Assembly (NCBI RefSeq): GCF_001194135.2 | Contig: NC_068990.1 | Span: 25,565,618 to 25,624,112, forward strand | Direction of reading: 5' to 3' | Source: Octopus bimaculoides | Taxonomy: Eukaryota | Length of the DNA: 58,495 nt | Shown here: piece by piece, positions 1-11,214 of the stretch | Numbering within the stretch: position 1 is the stretch's first letter | How the letters are laid out: the number at the start of each line of letters is the position of its first letter | Translations under genes and position numbers: made by a program | Notes under the pieces: generated by a model | What the model saw: only the letters and a program-made list of their open reading frames with translations | The model's database searches: none | Told to the model about the DNA's origin: nothing

Positions 1-167
1 CTGTCAAAGGCTTTCTCCATGTCAACGAAGGCCAGGTACAGAGGTTTATCCTTGGCTAGATATTTCTCCTGCAGCTGTCTCACTAGAAATATGGCATCAG
101 TGGTGCTTTTACCTGGCACGAACCCAAACTGCATCTCATCTAAATTGATTCGCTCCCTAATTAGTTG
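1..167 (-). mobile_element. LINE (RTE-like) reverse transcriptase fragment
   Basis: Minus strand reads QLIRERINLDEMQFGFVPGKSTTDAIFLVRQLQEKYLAKDKPLYLAFVDMEKAFD (RT motifs QxGF, D-x-x-KAFD); cut by the window start. Confidence 0.9.
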
Positions 168-189
168 GGCTTATATATATGTATGTATG

Positions 190-236
<47 letters not shown>

Positions 237-849
237 TTATTTGAATTACACAGTGTATATTCCAGAGACATATGTCTTTTAATAAACCAGAATGAGGAAG
301 AAGGCCCATTCATTATTCATTATTCATTCCTCAAAAGCATAAATGAATGTCGTTTTGAGTAATGACCAAGTTCAAAACAAGTCAAATGACTCATAGAAAA
401 GGCGGGATTTTGAGTGTGACTGTTTTTAAGTGTGGGAAATGATTTAACTGGGACAGTCTTCTCACATCACTCTTCACTGACTTTTGACCTTCTCCTCTAA
501 CTCACTCCACCTCTTTTGTCTCACTGAAATTCTCTCTCTCTCTCCTCTCTCTCTCTCTCCGCTCTCTCTCTCTCTCTCTCTCTTTTGCCCTAAATAAATA
601 TGAATGCATACAAACATACACAAACACACGTATATGTATATGTATACATGTACATTTTGTGTGTGTGTAATCATTGTTGCATGCTGGCATGAGATAGACA
701 CACACGCACACATGCACACACACACACACACACACACAGTTTTGGTACTGACAGAAGAAGCACCTCATGTGAGAGACTGCACAGCTTTCATCCTCTCTAC
801 TGGTCAACACAGATAGGTAGATTCTTTTACTCTTTCTCTCTCACTTCTT

Positions 850-2250
850 CCATCCATTCTCTCAGCAGTCAACAAAAGATGATCAATCTGAACCACCTAC
901 AGAATGGATTATACAATGGCAAATAATCTGTGTGCAACAACTCAAAGAAATTGAATCTTACTTTGTAATGATAAAATAGAGCCATTTCAGTTAATAATAA
1001 TTTCCTCTTGTCATTTACTTGTTGCATAAAATCATTACATTCTGCTGATGCTGACATGCAAACATGTGCATATAATCATTCTGGACATGGCCTGCCCATC
1101 TGTTGTCGTGTTCAATGTTGAAGGCCTCAATTCTGTTGACTTTGACCCTGTCAAGGACTACAAGGTTGTTGACATAGTCCTCCCATTTGATGCTCATAAT
1201 TAATCAATGTTGATAATTAATCATAATTAATTAATTCTAGTTGGCAGATGTCCCAACAAGTTCACATCTCACAACCGTAGAGTAAAGTGGAAACAACTTC
1301 AGCTTGGTTCACCGTGGGTGTATTTTGTAGTTTCAGGATCTTGTTTTCAGAAACATGATGAAAGAGTTTTCCAAAAGTGACATGTGAAACTTCGATCCTC
1401 TTTTAGTCATCTTTCCCGGAGTAGAGTTACACAGTGTGGAGAGGATGCTTCCTAGGTATGAGAACTGGTTTACTTGTTCCAGTGGTGTGTCGGAGATAGC
1501 AATGTTGAAATCTGGAAGGATTAAGTTTGGAGCAGGTTGTGCAAGTGTTTTGGTCTTCTGGATGTTGATTGTCAGGCCAAAGTGATCTCATGCATTTTTG
1601 AAGTAGTTGACCAACTTTTGCATTTTTGGGGTGAATGAGCTGACAAAGCATCATCATCAGCAAACTGCAGTTGTGTGACAGAAACGCCATTGGTTGGTCT
1701 TTGTGATTGAAGTCTAGAAAGATTGTAGAGTCCATCATCAAAATGACACTTGATCCTTCCACTGGGGTTGTTGGGTGGAATTTCATAGAGCATGGCTACA
1801 ATGTACAGGGAAAACAAAGCTGTGGTTAGTACATGTTCCTACTTTAAGCTATTGGTGATCAAGAAATCTGACATTTTGTTTTGATATGTTACCTGTCATG
1901 TTATGCTATTGTTGAGTGCCTGGAAGAGCATTACAAAATGATTAGGGCAACTGAACCACTTCAGGGTCATCCACATAGTTGTGCTTTATACAATATCATA
2001 AACCATTTTGAGATCATAGAAAACCAACGAAAGAGAATTTTGTTGTTCTTTGTACTCAACCGTTCCCCTGAAAGCTTGACATCCACAGTGAGATTCCAGC
2101 AACATTTTCTCCAAGATAACTAGGAGACGGTTGAGCAATATTCTGGCAAAGATTTTTCCTAAGATGTAGAGGAGAGATATGTCATGGTAGTTTTCACAAT
2201 TGCTGCAGTCTCCTTTCTTAAAGAGTGTAACAATGAAGGCATTCTTTAGA
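850..2250 (-). mobile_element. Degenerate RTE-clade LINE, RT domain to C-terminus
   Basis: Frameshifted pieces IVTLFKKGDCSNCENYHDISLL..GKIFARILLNRL, QLQFADDDAL and RWAGHV. Confidence 0.88.
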
Positions 2251-2255
2251 TTTGG

Positions 2256-3100
2256 GTCTAGAATTACTGCAGAGCTTAATGAACACCTCGAGAACACAGT
2301 TTCCACAAAAACTGTTTGCTGGGAGCTACACAAAGCCAGATTTTATAGGAGGGCTGCAATCAGAAAACCACTACTTTCAAAAACAAACATTGCAAAGTGT
2401 TTAGAGTGGAGTAAAAACCTGCAGAATTGGTCCCTAGAGCAGTGGAAGAATGTTATTTTCTCAGACTAGTCATCTATTACCTTATTTCCAACCACTGGCT
2501 GAATATACACGTGTGGAGACAACCAAAAGAAGCATTTGACCCAGACTGCCTTCTTTCAACTGTTAAACATGGAGGAGGATCTGTGATGATCTGGCAGGGC
2601 TATATCTTGGAAATCCGCCAGCCTAATGGTTTCCCTTCATGGCAGAATTAATAGTCAAGACTATTTAAGCATTTTATCTATCAAATTCATCCTATGATTG
2701 CAGAACTGTTTCCGGAGGGAAACGCAATATTTTAGGATGATAATGCACCAATTCACAAAGTTAAAGTTGTTACTAAATGGCACGAGGAACATTCTAGTGA
2801 AGTTGAACATCTTTTCTGGCCATCACAGTCCCCAGATTTCAATATTATTGAATATTTATGGTTCATTTTAGAAAAAGAAGTAAGGAGTCAATATCATCCA
2901 CCATCATCATTACAAGAACTAGAGACTGTTTTAGCGGAAGAATGGACAAATATTCCTTTGGAAACAATTCAAACTTTGTATAAGTCCATAGCTTGTAGAA
3001 TTCAAGCTGTAATTACTGCCAAAGGTGGTGGTCCTACCCCATATCGAAATAAATTTGTTTGAAATTTTAAGGTGTTTCCATTATTTTGTCCAAGCCGGTG
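2256..3100 (+). mobile_element. Tc1-like transposase fossil (5' truncated), DD36E spacing, probable 3' TIR remnant near 3070-3100
   Basis: RITAELN..VSTKTV..AAIRKPLLS..WKNVIFSD, TVKHGGGSVMIW, DDNAPIH..WPSQSPDFNIIEYLW, RIQAVITAKGG; contains stops and frameshifts. Confidence 0.92.
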
Positions 3101-3292
3101 CCAGTGGCACGTAAAAGCATCCATTACACTCTCAGAGTTGTTGGCATTTGGAAGGGCATCCAGCTGTAGAAACTCTGCCAGATCAGATTGGAGCCTGGTG
3201 CAGCCTACTGGCTTGCCAGTCCTCAGTCAAACTGTCCAACCCATGCCAGCATGGAAAGCAGACGTTAAACGACCACGATGATGATGATGAGG
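3097..3292 (+). mobile_element. LINE 3'-tail repeat (gtggcacgtaaaagca..ggcatccagctgtagaaac..catgccagcatggaaagcagacgttaaac-(GAT)n)
   Basis: The same sequence recurs more than 10 times in the window; at 4643 and 14702 it follows RT C-terminal coding sequence. Confidence 0.8.
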
Positions 3293-3301
3293 AGGAGGAG
3301 G

Positions 3302-3346
<45 letters not shown>

Positions 3347-3828
3347 TATGGTTCAAAATGTACAAAAAACAAAAAGACAGACAGGTGAAGGAAGAGTAAA
3401 CAAACCAGGTGTTTTAGTTTGATGCTCTGGAAAAACGGAAGACTGGATGTCAGTGTCCTCGTCGATGGGGAGAAATAGTCTGGCGTATACACACACACAC
3501 ACACACACACACACAAAACTGGAATGTTGAGTTGATGGTCCATGGGAGGTAACTCTGTTATTCCTGATTGTCTACTTAAACGTTAGAACGCACCTCTACC
3601 TTCTTTCACAAAATTTTTGTTTTTGGTTTATCTATTTATTTGTTTATTTGCCAACATTGACCGTTACTAATTTCATTCGTTCAGAATTCTAGGGAAAAAT
3701 TTTAATGTAGACGAATACCTGAAGGTTATTTTTTAGATTGTAACTTGAAGGATAAAACAGACTAAATCACTCTGACTCGAAATTTCGACCCAGACTGTAA
3801 AGACACCTATCAACAACAGGGTCCAGCG

Positions 3829-3984
3829 GAGTGGCTGTGTGTTAAGAAGCTTGCTTCCCAGCCACATGGTTCTGGGTTCAGTCCCACTGTGTAGAACCTT
3901 GCACTACTGTCTTCTACTATCGCTTCAGGTCGACCAAAGCCTTGTGAGTGGATTTGGTAAACAAACACACAAAGAAGCTTGTCG

Positions 3985-4018
<34 letters not shown>

Positions 4019-4642
4019 TACACACACATTTGTGTGTTGGTATTTGTCCACCCCNNNNNNNNNNNNNNNNNNNNNNNNNNNNNNNNNNNNNNNNNNNNNN
4101 NNNNNNNNNNNNNNNNNNNNNNNNNNNNNNNNNNNNNNNNNNNNNNNNNNNNNNNNNNNNNNNNNNNNNNNNNNNNNNNNNNNNNNNNNNNNNNNNNNNN
4201 NNNNNNNNNNNNNNNNNNNNNNNNNNNNNNNNNNNNNNNNNNNNNNNNNNNNNNNNNNNNNNNNNNNNNNNNNNNNNNNNNNNNNNNNNNNNNNNNNNNN
4301 NNNNNNNNNNNNNNNNNNNNNNNNNNNNNNGTCCATATATGTAAATAAATTGATAATCCTTTACCCTTTTAATTAATTATTAATTGATTTATTAATTAAT
4401 AAATTGATAATCCTTTACCCTTTTAATTTGTAATATGTATATATATATATATATATACACACACATTTGTGTGTTGGTATTTGTCCACCCCCACCACCAC
4501 TACCATCGCTTGACAACTGATGCTGGTGTGTAACTTAGTGGTTCGGCAAAAGTGACTGATAGAATAAGTACTAGGCTTACAAAAAATAAATCCTGAGGTC
4601 GATTTGTTCAACTAAAGGGGGTTCTCCAACATGGCTGCAGTC
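3829..4642 (+). mobile_element. tRNA-derived SINE (family A) with internal (TA)n(CA)n, spanning an N-gap
   Basis: A-box-like tggctgtgtg and B-box ggttcagtccc; body ccaaagccttgtgagtggatttggta; tail gaataagtactaggcttac..ctccaacatggctgcagtc. Confidence 0.85.
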
Positions 4643-5122
4643 GAGGTGGTGAAGCATGACCTTCGAACGTTGGGCCTCACAGAGGCAATGACAAAAGACC
4701 GAGACCTCTGGAGGTATGCTGTGACTTGAGAAGACCCGGCAAATAAAGTGAGTCCACAGCTGTAATCTGCACTAGTGTCGCATAACCAGCCCACTTAAAA
4801 AAGAACCTTGGATCGTAGGATGACAGGCCATGCTTGAGGAGACCTATTGAGTCAAATCAAATGGAAATTGTAGATGTGAGCCTCGTGCTGGTGGCATGTA
4901 AAAAGCACCATCAGAACGTCGCCAATGCCAGTGCCACTTTGACTGGCTTCCGTGACGGTGGCACATTAAAAGCTCCATCCGATCGTGGTCGATGCCAGCT
5001 CCTCTGGCTCCTGTACTGGTGGCACGTAAAAAGCACCCACTACACTCTCGGAGTTGTTGGCATTAGGAAGGGAATCCAGCTGTAGAAACACTGCCAGATC
5101 AGATTCGGGCCTGGTGCAGTCT
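4643..5122 (+). mobile_element. 5'-truncated RTE LINE: RT C-terminus plus 3'UTR with gtggcacgtaaaaagcacc minisatellite
   Basis: Reads EVVKHDLRTLGLTEAMTKDRDLWRYAV, then the tail-family sequence. Confidence 0.82.
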
Positions 5123-7723
5123 CGTGTTTACTGTTGGACGTCACCAACAGTAAACACGAAATACAAAAACAAAAGAGTTCAATACGGAAACAACGAGAGA
5201 AACATGGAAAGCAGGGCGAGTAACATAAAGAACGACCCTTCATCAGTTGTCAGCTGTCTATCTACTCCTCATTTCGAGCATTGAACGACAGTATGAGTCT
5301 TTGGATTTATGGAGGGTCAAAGTTGGGACCGAAAACTGGAGAGTGGAGACATACAAGGAAAGTGAAAGAAAACAAATATGGAGGGTCTCTAAACCAGAAC
5401 GAGGGTAAAATAGCAAACGCTGGAGAAATATTTTCTTTCAAAATCTTTTTTTTTTTTTCTTCAGGACAGTCCTAAGGACTGGACGTATTTTACCTCTCTC
5501 TTCTATCTTTTCTCTGTTCAAATATTGAAACGCCGATCTATTTTTTGCAGATTCGGAATCTCCGCAGTTGTAAAGGTGGGTTTTTGTAGAAAAAAAGACA
5601 AAACAAATAACCGAAAGAGGAGCGGTCTATGTCCTTTACCAGCTGCCGGAGAATCCGCCTGGGGTTAAACTAGTAGTAACATTCATCTGTCACTTTGATA
5701 TGGTTACTCGCTTTACTGTTTAGTGTACGTTACTACTCTATCCCTTCTTGGGATTTTATAACCAACTGCCAAAACTTCTATCGGAATTCTGATTGAGAAT
5801 AGTGAAAAAAACCATTTAAAAGGAAATGCAAGTGTTTTTCCCCTTGAACGAGTTACATGCGAGAGTAGCTTCCCTTAGTTTTTTTTTTCTGTATAGTTTC
5901 AATTTTTTAAGTTTTTCTCTCCGCTTCTGTGTTCTCCTCATTTCGTTTATATTTCTTTTTTCAAATCAGTAGAATCTTGTCTAGCCTATCTCATTAAATT
6001 GTTGTGAATTTTTAGTATTTTTTCTACATTTTACTTTCTGTTTACTATCAGGATATCACTTATGTGTACAAATATTCGAACAAGAATTGAACTCACAAAC
6101 TTTCTCTGTGTCAGAGTGGATGAAAGTGTTAAAATTCTACTTGAAAAAGTGGTTCGTGAATTCACCCCTACATCAAATACGCAAACAGGAGCCTTATTTT
6201 TTGGCATACTTTTTCATTCACATTTCAGAGGTTTTATAGAAATAACAAAACCCGGAGGAATGGAGGTAAAAACCACCTCAACGATATTTGAAGTCAAAGC
6301 GTAAAAGTTTGTAACTAAACGGTGCAAGGCATTTTGTTCGATAATTCACCGAATTTGGCAATCCATTGTTTTCTGTGTTGGGATTAAAATATTTTCACTG
6401 TACCCATGCTTCTGCCATAATCATTTACGTGCATACGTACGTATGCATGTATATACCTACGTACATATGTATGTATATACGTACGTATGTACGTACGTAT
6501 GTATGTACGTATGTATGTATGTGTACATGCATGCATATATGTAGACACACACACACATGGATCAAACTGTTTTGATTCATACATGTAACTCCCAATAAAT
6601 TAGTTGAGTGCCCTTCTTTAGTTTGTCCACTCACTCATATATATATGTGTGTGTGTGTGTGTAATTGATGAAGGAAACGGAAAATGGACTTGGTACGAGT
6701 CTTTATTCAACACGACGATCGTTTCAACGCATCTTGCAGCTGTCCCTTGCAGGTAGGATATTGGGCATCTAGTTGTGGTGCATCAGTCAGTGCAGGTTGT
6801 GTCACCTCAAGTGTCTGGTATAGAAAGATATCATACTACATATATTGAGACCCTCACATACTATGTACCCACATACTACGACAGGTGGTGGTGGTGAAAG
6901 TTGTGTCTTTGTTGATGTGATGTACAATTGGCAAACTGATATAAGGGAATATGCATTTACACACAAGTGTGTACATATTTGCCACTCACTTCTTGATAAC
7001 CAGTGTTGGTTTGTTTATAGTCATTGTAACTGAGCAGTTCAGCAAAAAAAATTAAACAGAATATATAGCCAATTTTCAAAATAAGTATCTGGGTCATTTT
7101 GGATGACTAAATGCATCAAAACAGTGCCCCAGTATGGCCACAGTCCAATGACTGACATCAGATAAAGAGTCGAAGAATAAGTTTTTTTCCTACTAAATGT
7201 TTATTTTGTGTGTATGTGTTTCCTTTCAGATGTCAGCTCCCGCCTTACACCACATAAATCCAGCATCTACTTTACATATCTAAGTTGTACGAAGCCATTA
7301 GAAAAACTTACATTGTCTAAGGTTATTTAACATTGTTTGTAACAAGAATTGAACTGGTGACCTTTAGATAAGTAATACAACACTGTAACTAGTACTACCC
7401 AAACTTCAATAATGGTACATAATTTTAATATTCATCTTTCATGACCCACTTTCAGTTGTTGGCTGCAGCTTTTGCACATATTTTAGAGACAAGAACAATC
7501 TGTAATAATATTTTGCCTCTTTAGAAATTCATTTGGTTCGTTTGTTATTACACTCGTTTTTTTTTTGGGGGGGGGGGGTTATGCTAGCATGGGTTAGATG
7601 AATAGATTAGTGAAGCATTATTTTACTGATAGATGCTCTTCTTGTCAATGATCCTTAACCCCTTTAAAAGTACAAACCCACCAGTGGGTTTGTACTAAGG
7701 AGAAATCACAATAACACGACTAC

Positions 7724-8292
7724 TTAGAAATAATACATTTCTAAATCTCTCAGAGAGATTTATGCAGTAGTGATACAATGAAGTATTTGTATGCTGTCAA
7801 CTTAATGTGACAGTCCCAATAAGGGAATAATACTACTGTTGGTTAGATCTAGGAAGCTGCATCGCTTCCTGTCGGCCATGACACATTTCCTGTGTCCTTA
7901 TGTTTACAAGGGGGAGACACATTGAGTTGACAGCATACAACTACTTCATTGTATCACTACTGCATAAATCCCTCTGAGAGATTTAGAAATGTATTATTTC
8001 TAAATTTGAAATCAGTGAATGTATTTCACTAGAATTATTATGTTTACAAGAGCTTGACAGGCATCTTTGACTAGTAGGTCATGCTACTCCAGACTGATGA
8101 CGAGCAAAGACTCAGAAACATGTCTTTGGATGCAGGCTTAGCTGGGTGGAGGTGCTTGTCTCTCCCTTGTAAACATAAGGACACAGGAAACGTGTCAAGG
8201 CCGACAGGAAGCAGTGCAGCTTCCTAGGTCTAACCAACAGTAGTATTATTTCCTTCAGCGGACTGTCACACTAAGTTGACAGCATACAACTA
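7724..8292 (+). mobile_element. Nested inverted-repeat cassette with hammerhead; Penelope-like pLTR or retrozyme-like remnant
   Basis: A 7724-7802 is inverted at 7925-8003; 7785-7919 is inverted at 8157-8292; hammerhead motif at 8088-8130. Confidence 0.65.
8088..8130 (+). ncRNA. Minimal type I hammerhead ribozyme motif
   Basis: UCCAGA-CUGAUGA-(C)GAG CAAAGA CUC(A)-GAAA-CAUGUC-UUUGGA: 6-bp helix I, intact core, palindromic ACAUGU helix III, GUC triplet. The helix II closing pair is a C-A mismatch. Confidence 0.72.
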
Positions 8293-8489
8293 ACACTACT
8301 ACTTGTAATTCAGTGAGTTTCAGAAAAACACAAATGTAAACATACACAATTTTTCTCTCAGCCCATTGGTACTTTGTCATACATGCACACTAACAACGCA
8401 CATCCGTCAGAGCATATTTGAGTAAAAAGTAAGCAACGTTTTGAAACATGAAATTCATAGCAATATATTTTAACAATGCAGAAATTTTA

Positions 8490-9190
8490 TTCATCAAAGA
8501 ACCATTACAATGAACACATTTTTGCCAGCGAGTTACAAGTTTATTTCGGTAACATAAAAATCTGGAGTTCTGGAGCTGATGAACTCTTTGAACACACTTT
8601 CAGTATCGGTTTGATTTTTGAACTCATTCTCTCGCAGGAAACCATCAAGGTGCTTGAAAAAGTGGTAGTCTGTAGGAGAAAAGTCTGGGGAATAAGCTGG
8701 GTGAGGAAGAGCTTCGTAGTCAAGTTCCCTCAACTTCTCGAGCGTTGTTAGTGAAACGTGTGGTCGAGCATTGTCATGAAGAATGATTGGTCTTCTTCTG
8801 TTGACCGGTCTGGGGCGGAGAAGTAGCAGCTTTTCGATCATTTTGGCAATTTCATGGCAATATGTTTCTGCAGTAATGGTTTTTCCGGATTTTAAGAAAT
8901 TATAGTGGATGAGTCGAGGAGTACACCACCAAACAGTCACCACAACTTTCATTTTGAAGAGCTCGGATTTAGGGAAGGTTTTCAGTGCTTCATTTTGGTC
9001 CAACCACTGCAAAGAACATTTTTTTATTATTGCACAGAATCCACTTTTTATCGTAAGTTACAATACGGTCGAGAAATGGATTGGTCTGGTTACGGAGAAG
9101 AAACGACTATCTGTACATTTTCTGATTTTCATTCAAATCGTGTAATACCTATTTGTCTACTTTTTTTGATTTTCCGATCACATACAAATT
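8490..9190 (-). mobile_element. mariner (DD34D) transposase fossil
   Basis: PFLDRIVTYDKKW..KVVVTVWW..LHDNARPH..HPAYSPDFSPTDYHFFKHL; 34 residues between the 2nd and 3rd Asp. Confidence 0.93.
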
Positions 9191-9620
9191 TTGGTGGAGG
9201 AGTGCCTGTCATCTCTTATGTCCCTGCCATAAGGCATTACTTCCACACACACCAGCTTAATTTAATTCATCCTTGGTCGAAAGACACCCGTTGTTAATGT
9301 CCTGTTATTTGTATTTGTGTACTATTTCTCCATTTTTTTCCGTCCTTGTTTTCGTATACATTCGCTGCTTTCTTCTAAGGAATCTAGTGCTCTCAGCTTA
9401 GTTTTTCCTTGGGGCTGGCCAGATTGGAGCAATCTCGAGTATAACCGGCCAAAATTGCAAAGATAATCTGGAACTCGACTGAGGAAAGAAAACTTCGAAT
9501 GACCCGTCCTTGTTTTCTTTGTATCATCTATCTGGATGTTTTGTTTTCCCTTTTTGTATCACCTATCTGGATGTTTTGCATTCTTGTCCCATTTTTGTAT
9601 TTTATATATATAAATATATA
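9190..9620 (+). repeat. Unclassified interspersed repeat; a related copy lies at 26270-26410
   Basis: Shared gataatctggaactcgactgaggaa..aatgacccgtccttgtttt / gacaatctggtgctcgactgaaga..aaatgacctgttcttgtttt. Confidence 0.55.
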
Positions 9621-10224
9621 TATATGCATATCAAAAGGATGTGTTATATACAAAAACAGTCATACCAATAATCCACCATACCTCCATCATTAGCTGCCCC
9701 ATGGCTATTGTTATGGTCTCGATACCTGGACCGTACCATTCAATCCAGCGGTGTCATAGCATTAAACTAATACACTTGTCATTCCTTCACCTGTCTTCAT
9801 CTTTTGTTTTCTGTAAATTTAAACTATATATATATATATATATATATATATGTTCCTCTCTACCCAGCACATGTCAAGTACTTATTTGAACTATGGGACC
9901 CCTTCCCCCTGTTCCCATTATGGTACTATCACACGCACATATATATGTGTGCATGTGTGTGTTTATATATATATCATTTAATATACACAGTGTTTACATA
10001 TGAGCCGCAGATAATGTCATTGCCATGGAAACACAATAATTCAGCAGATTCATGTAACAGGCCTTGTGTCTCCAAGCAGTCCTTTAGGCTCAAATACACA
10101 TGGCCAGTCTATTTGAGACTGAACAATTGCTTTGAGACACAGACCATGTTATATAAGTCTGCTGAATTACTGAGTTTCTGTATATTAAATGATATTTATC
10201 TTTCACTGGATGGAATACTTTTTT

Positions 10225-10690
10225 GCTGGTCCTACCAATAACAGAAAAGTAAACTACACACACAGTTTGTTCAAAATAGCCTCCCTCAGCTTGGACCATG
10301 GCCAAGACGGCTCCAAAACCTGGTGCATGCATTCCTCACTGTGTCCCTGGGAAGATCTTCAAACAACTCTTTGATCTTGGCCACCAAATTGGCCTTGGTG
10401 TTGCTGGCAGAGTGGTTGGTATCTTTCTCAACTGCACCACACACATAATAATCCATGGGATTATAATCGGGGAAATTAAGTGGCCAGAAGTTGGGGGATG
10501 GTGAAGTCATAGGAATTCTCCAACAACCACTTCTGACTCTTTCTGGCAGTATGGCAAGGAGTTAAATCCTGCTGCCACACATATGGTCTTCCAGCAGCTT
10601 CACATAACTGTCTGAATTGAGCCTAAGGCCCTGTTCACAGATGTGGGTTGGCATGATGTCACCTTCACTAGAGACACAACCCAAAAGCTG
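10225..10690 (-). mobile_element. maT-type (DD37D-like) transposase C-terminal fossil
   Basis: YVWQQDLTPCHTARKSQKWLLEN../..NFWPLNFPDYNPMDYYVCGAVEKDTN..AEGGYFE; D-37-D after correcting one 1-nt frameshift near 10495. Confidence 0.8.
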
Positions 10691-11214
10691 TCACAGTTTG
10701 GGAGAACTTGTTTCATCCAGCTTTACTTTATGAGTTCAAATTCTGCTGGGGTCAACTTGACCTTTCATTCTTTTGGGATCAGTAAAATAAGCACCTGTTG
10801 AGCACTGGGAATCAATGTAATCGACTTAACCACCCATCCCCCAAATTGCTAGGCTTGCGCCAAAATTTGGAACCAGTATTTTAATCCTGACAAAGATCTT
10901 TTCTTTTTCTTTCTTTTTTTTTTGACGTTTGTTTAAAACGTGAGTATTTTATCTGGTTTAAATATTATATTTCAAAGACTAGTCACGACCTCTCTGCGTT
11001 TACTCCAGTGCCCTACCCTGCCTCATACACTCAGACTGGGTCATTACATTAGCTGTCTCCATGTGAGCTCATAACTCTCCCAAAACTGCACTACCACCCA
11101 TGTATAAACCCATCAAAGTATTGGTCTATGGAGTAGGTGCTGTGCTTAGCATCTTTGTCAGGCTTCCCTAAGGTCAGTAACAACATCGTGATTTATTAAT
11201 ATTTGACCTGGAAC

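Noticed and set aside
3839-4376. ORFs spanning N-gaps (also 15745-16497, 44432-45185, 56563-56839)
   Set aside because: Their length comes from X residues; only 44393-44492 is real coding sequence.
4000-4490. Identical about 50-bp sequence on both sides of the gap at 4055-4330, plus a 31-bp direct repeat at 4345-4430
   Set aside because: Duplicated gap flanks are typical of contig-overlap artefacts; this cannot be called a real duplication without reads.
5205-5250. CUGAUGA on minus with a possible helix II (GGGUCG/CGCCC)
   Set aside because: No GAAA, helix III or cleavage triplet follows; at most a decayed remnant.
7230-7330. Good acceptor (tttcctttcag|ATG) suggesting an exon
   Set aside because: All three frames close within about 100 nt, there is no recognisable protein, and the downstream sequence looks like a decayed SINE on minus.
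8533-9012. 159-aa open mariner frame as a domesticated or active transposase
   Set aside because: The upstream part has stops (K*VLHD, YR*), the N-terminal DNA-binding domain is missing, and the C-terminus is disrupted.
9466-9505. CUGAGGA / CUGAAGA in the repeat shared with 26290
   Set aside because: No GAAA after a plausible helix II in either copy, so it is not supportable as a hammerhead.
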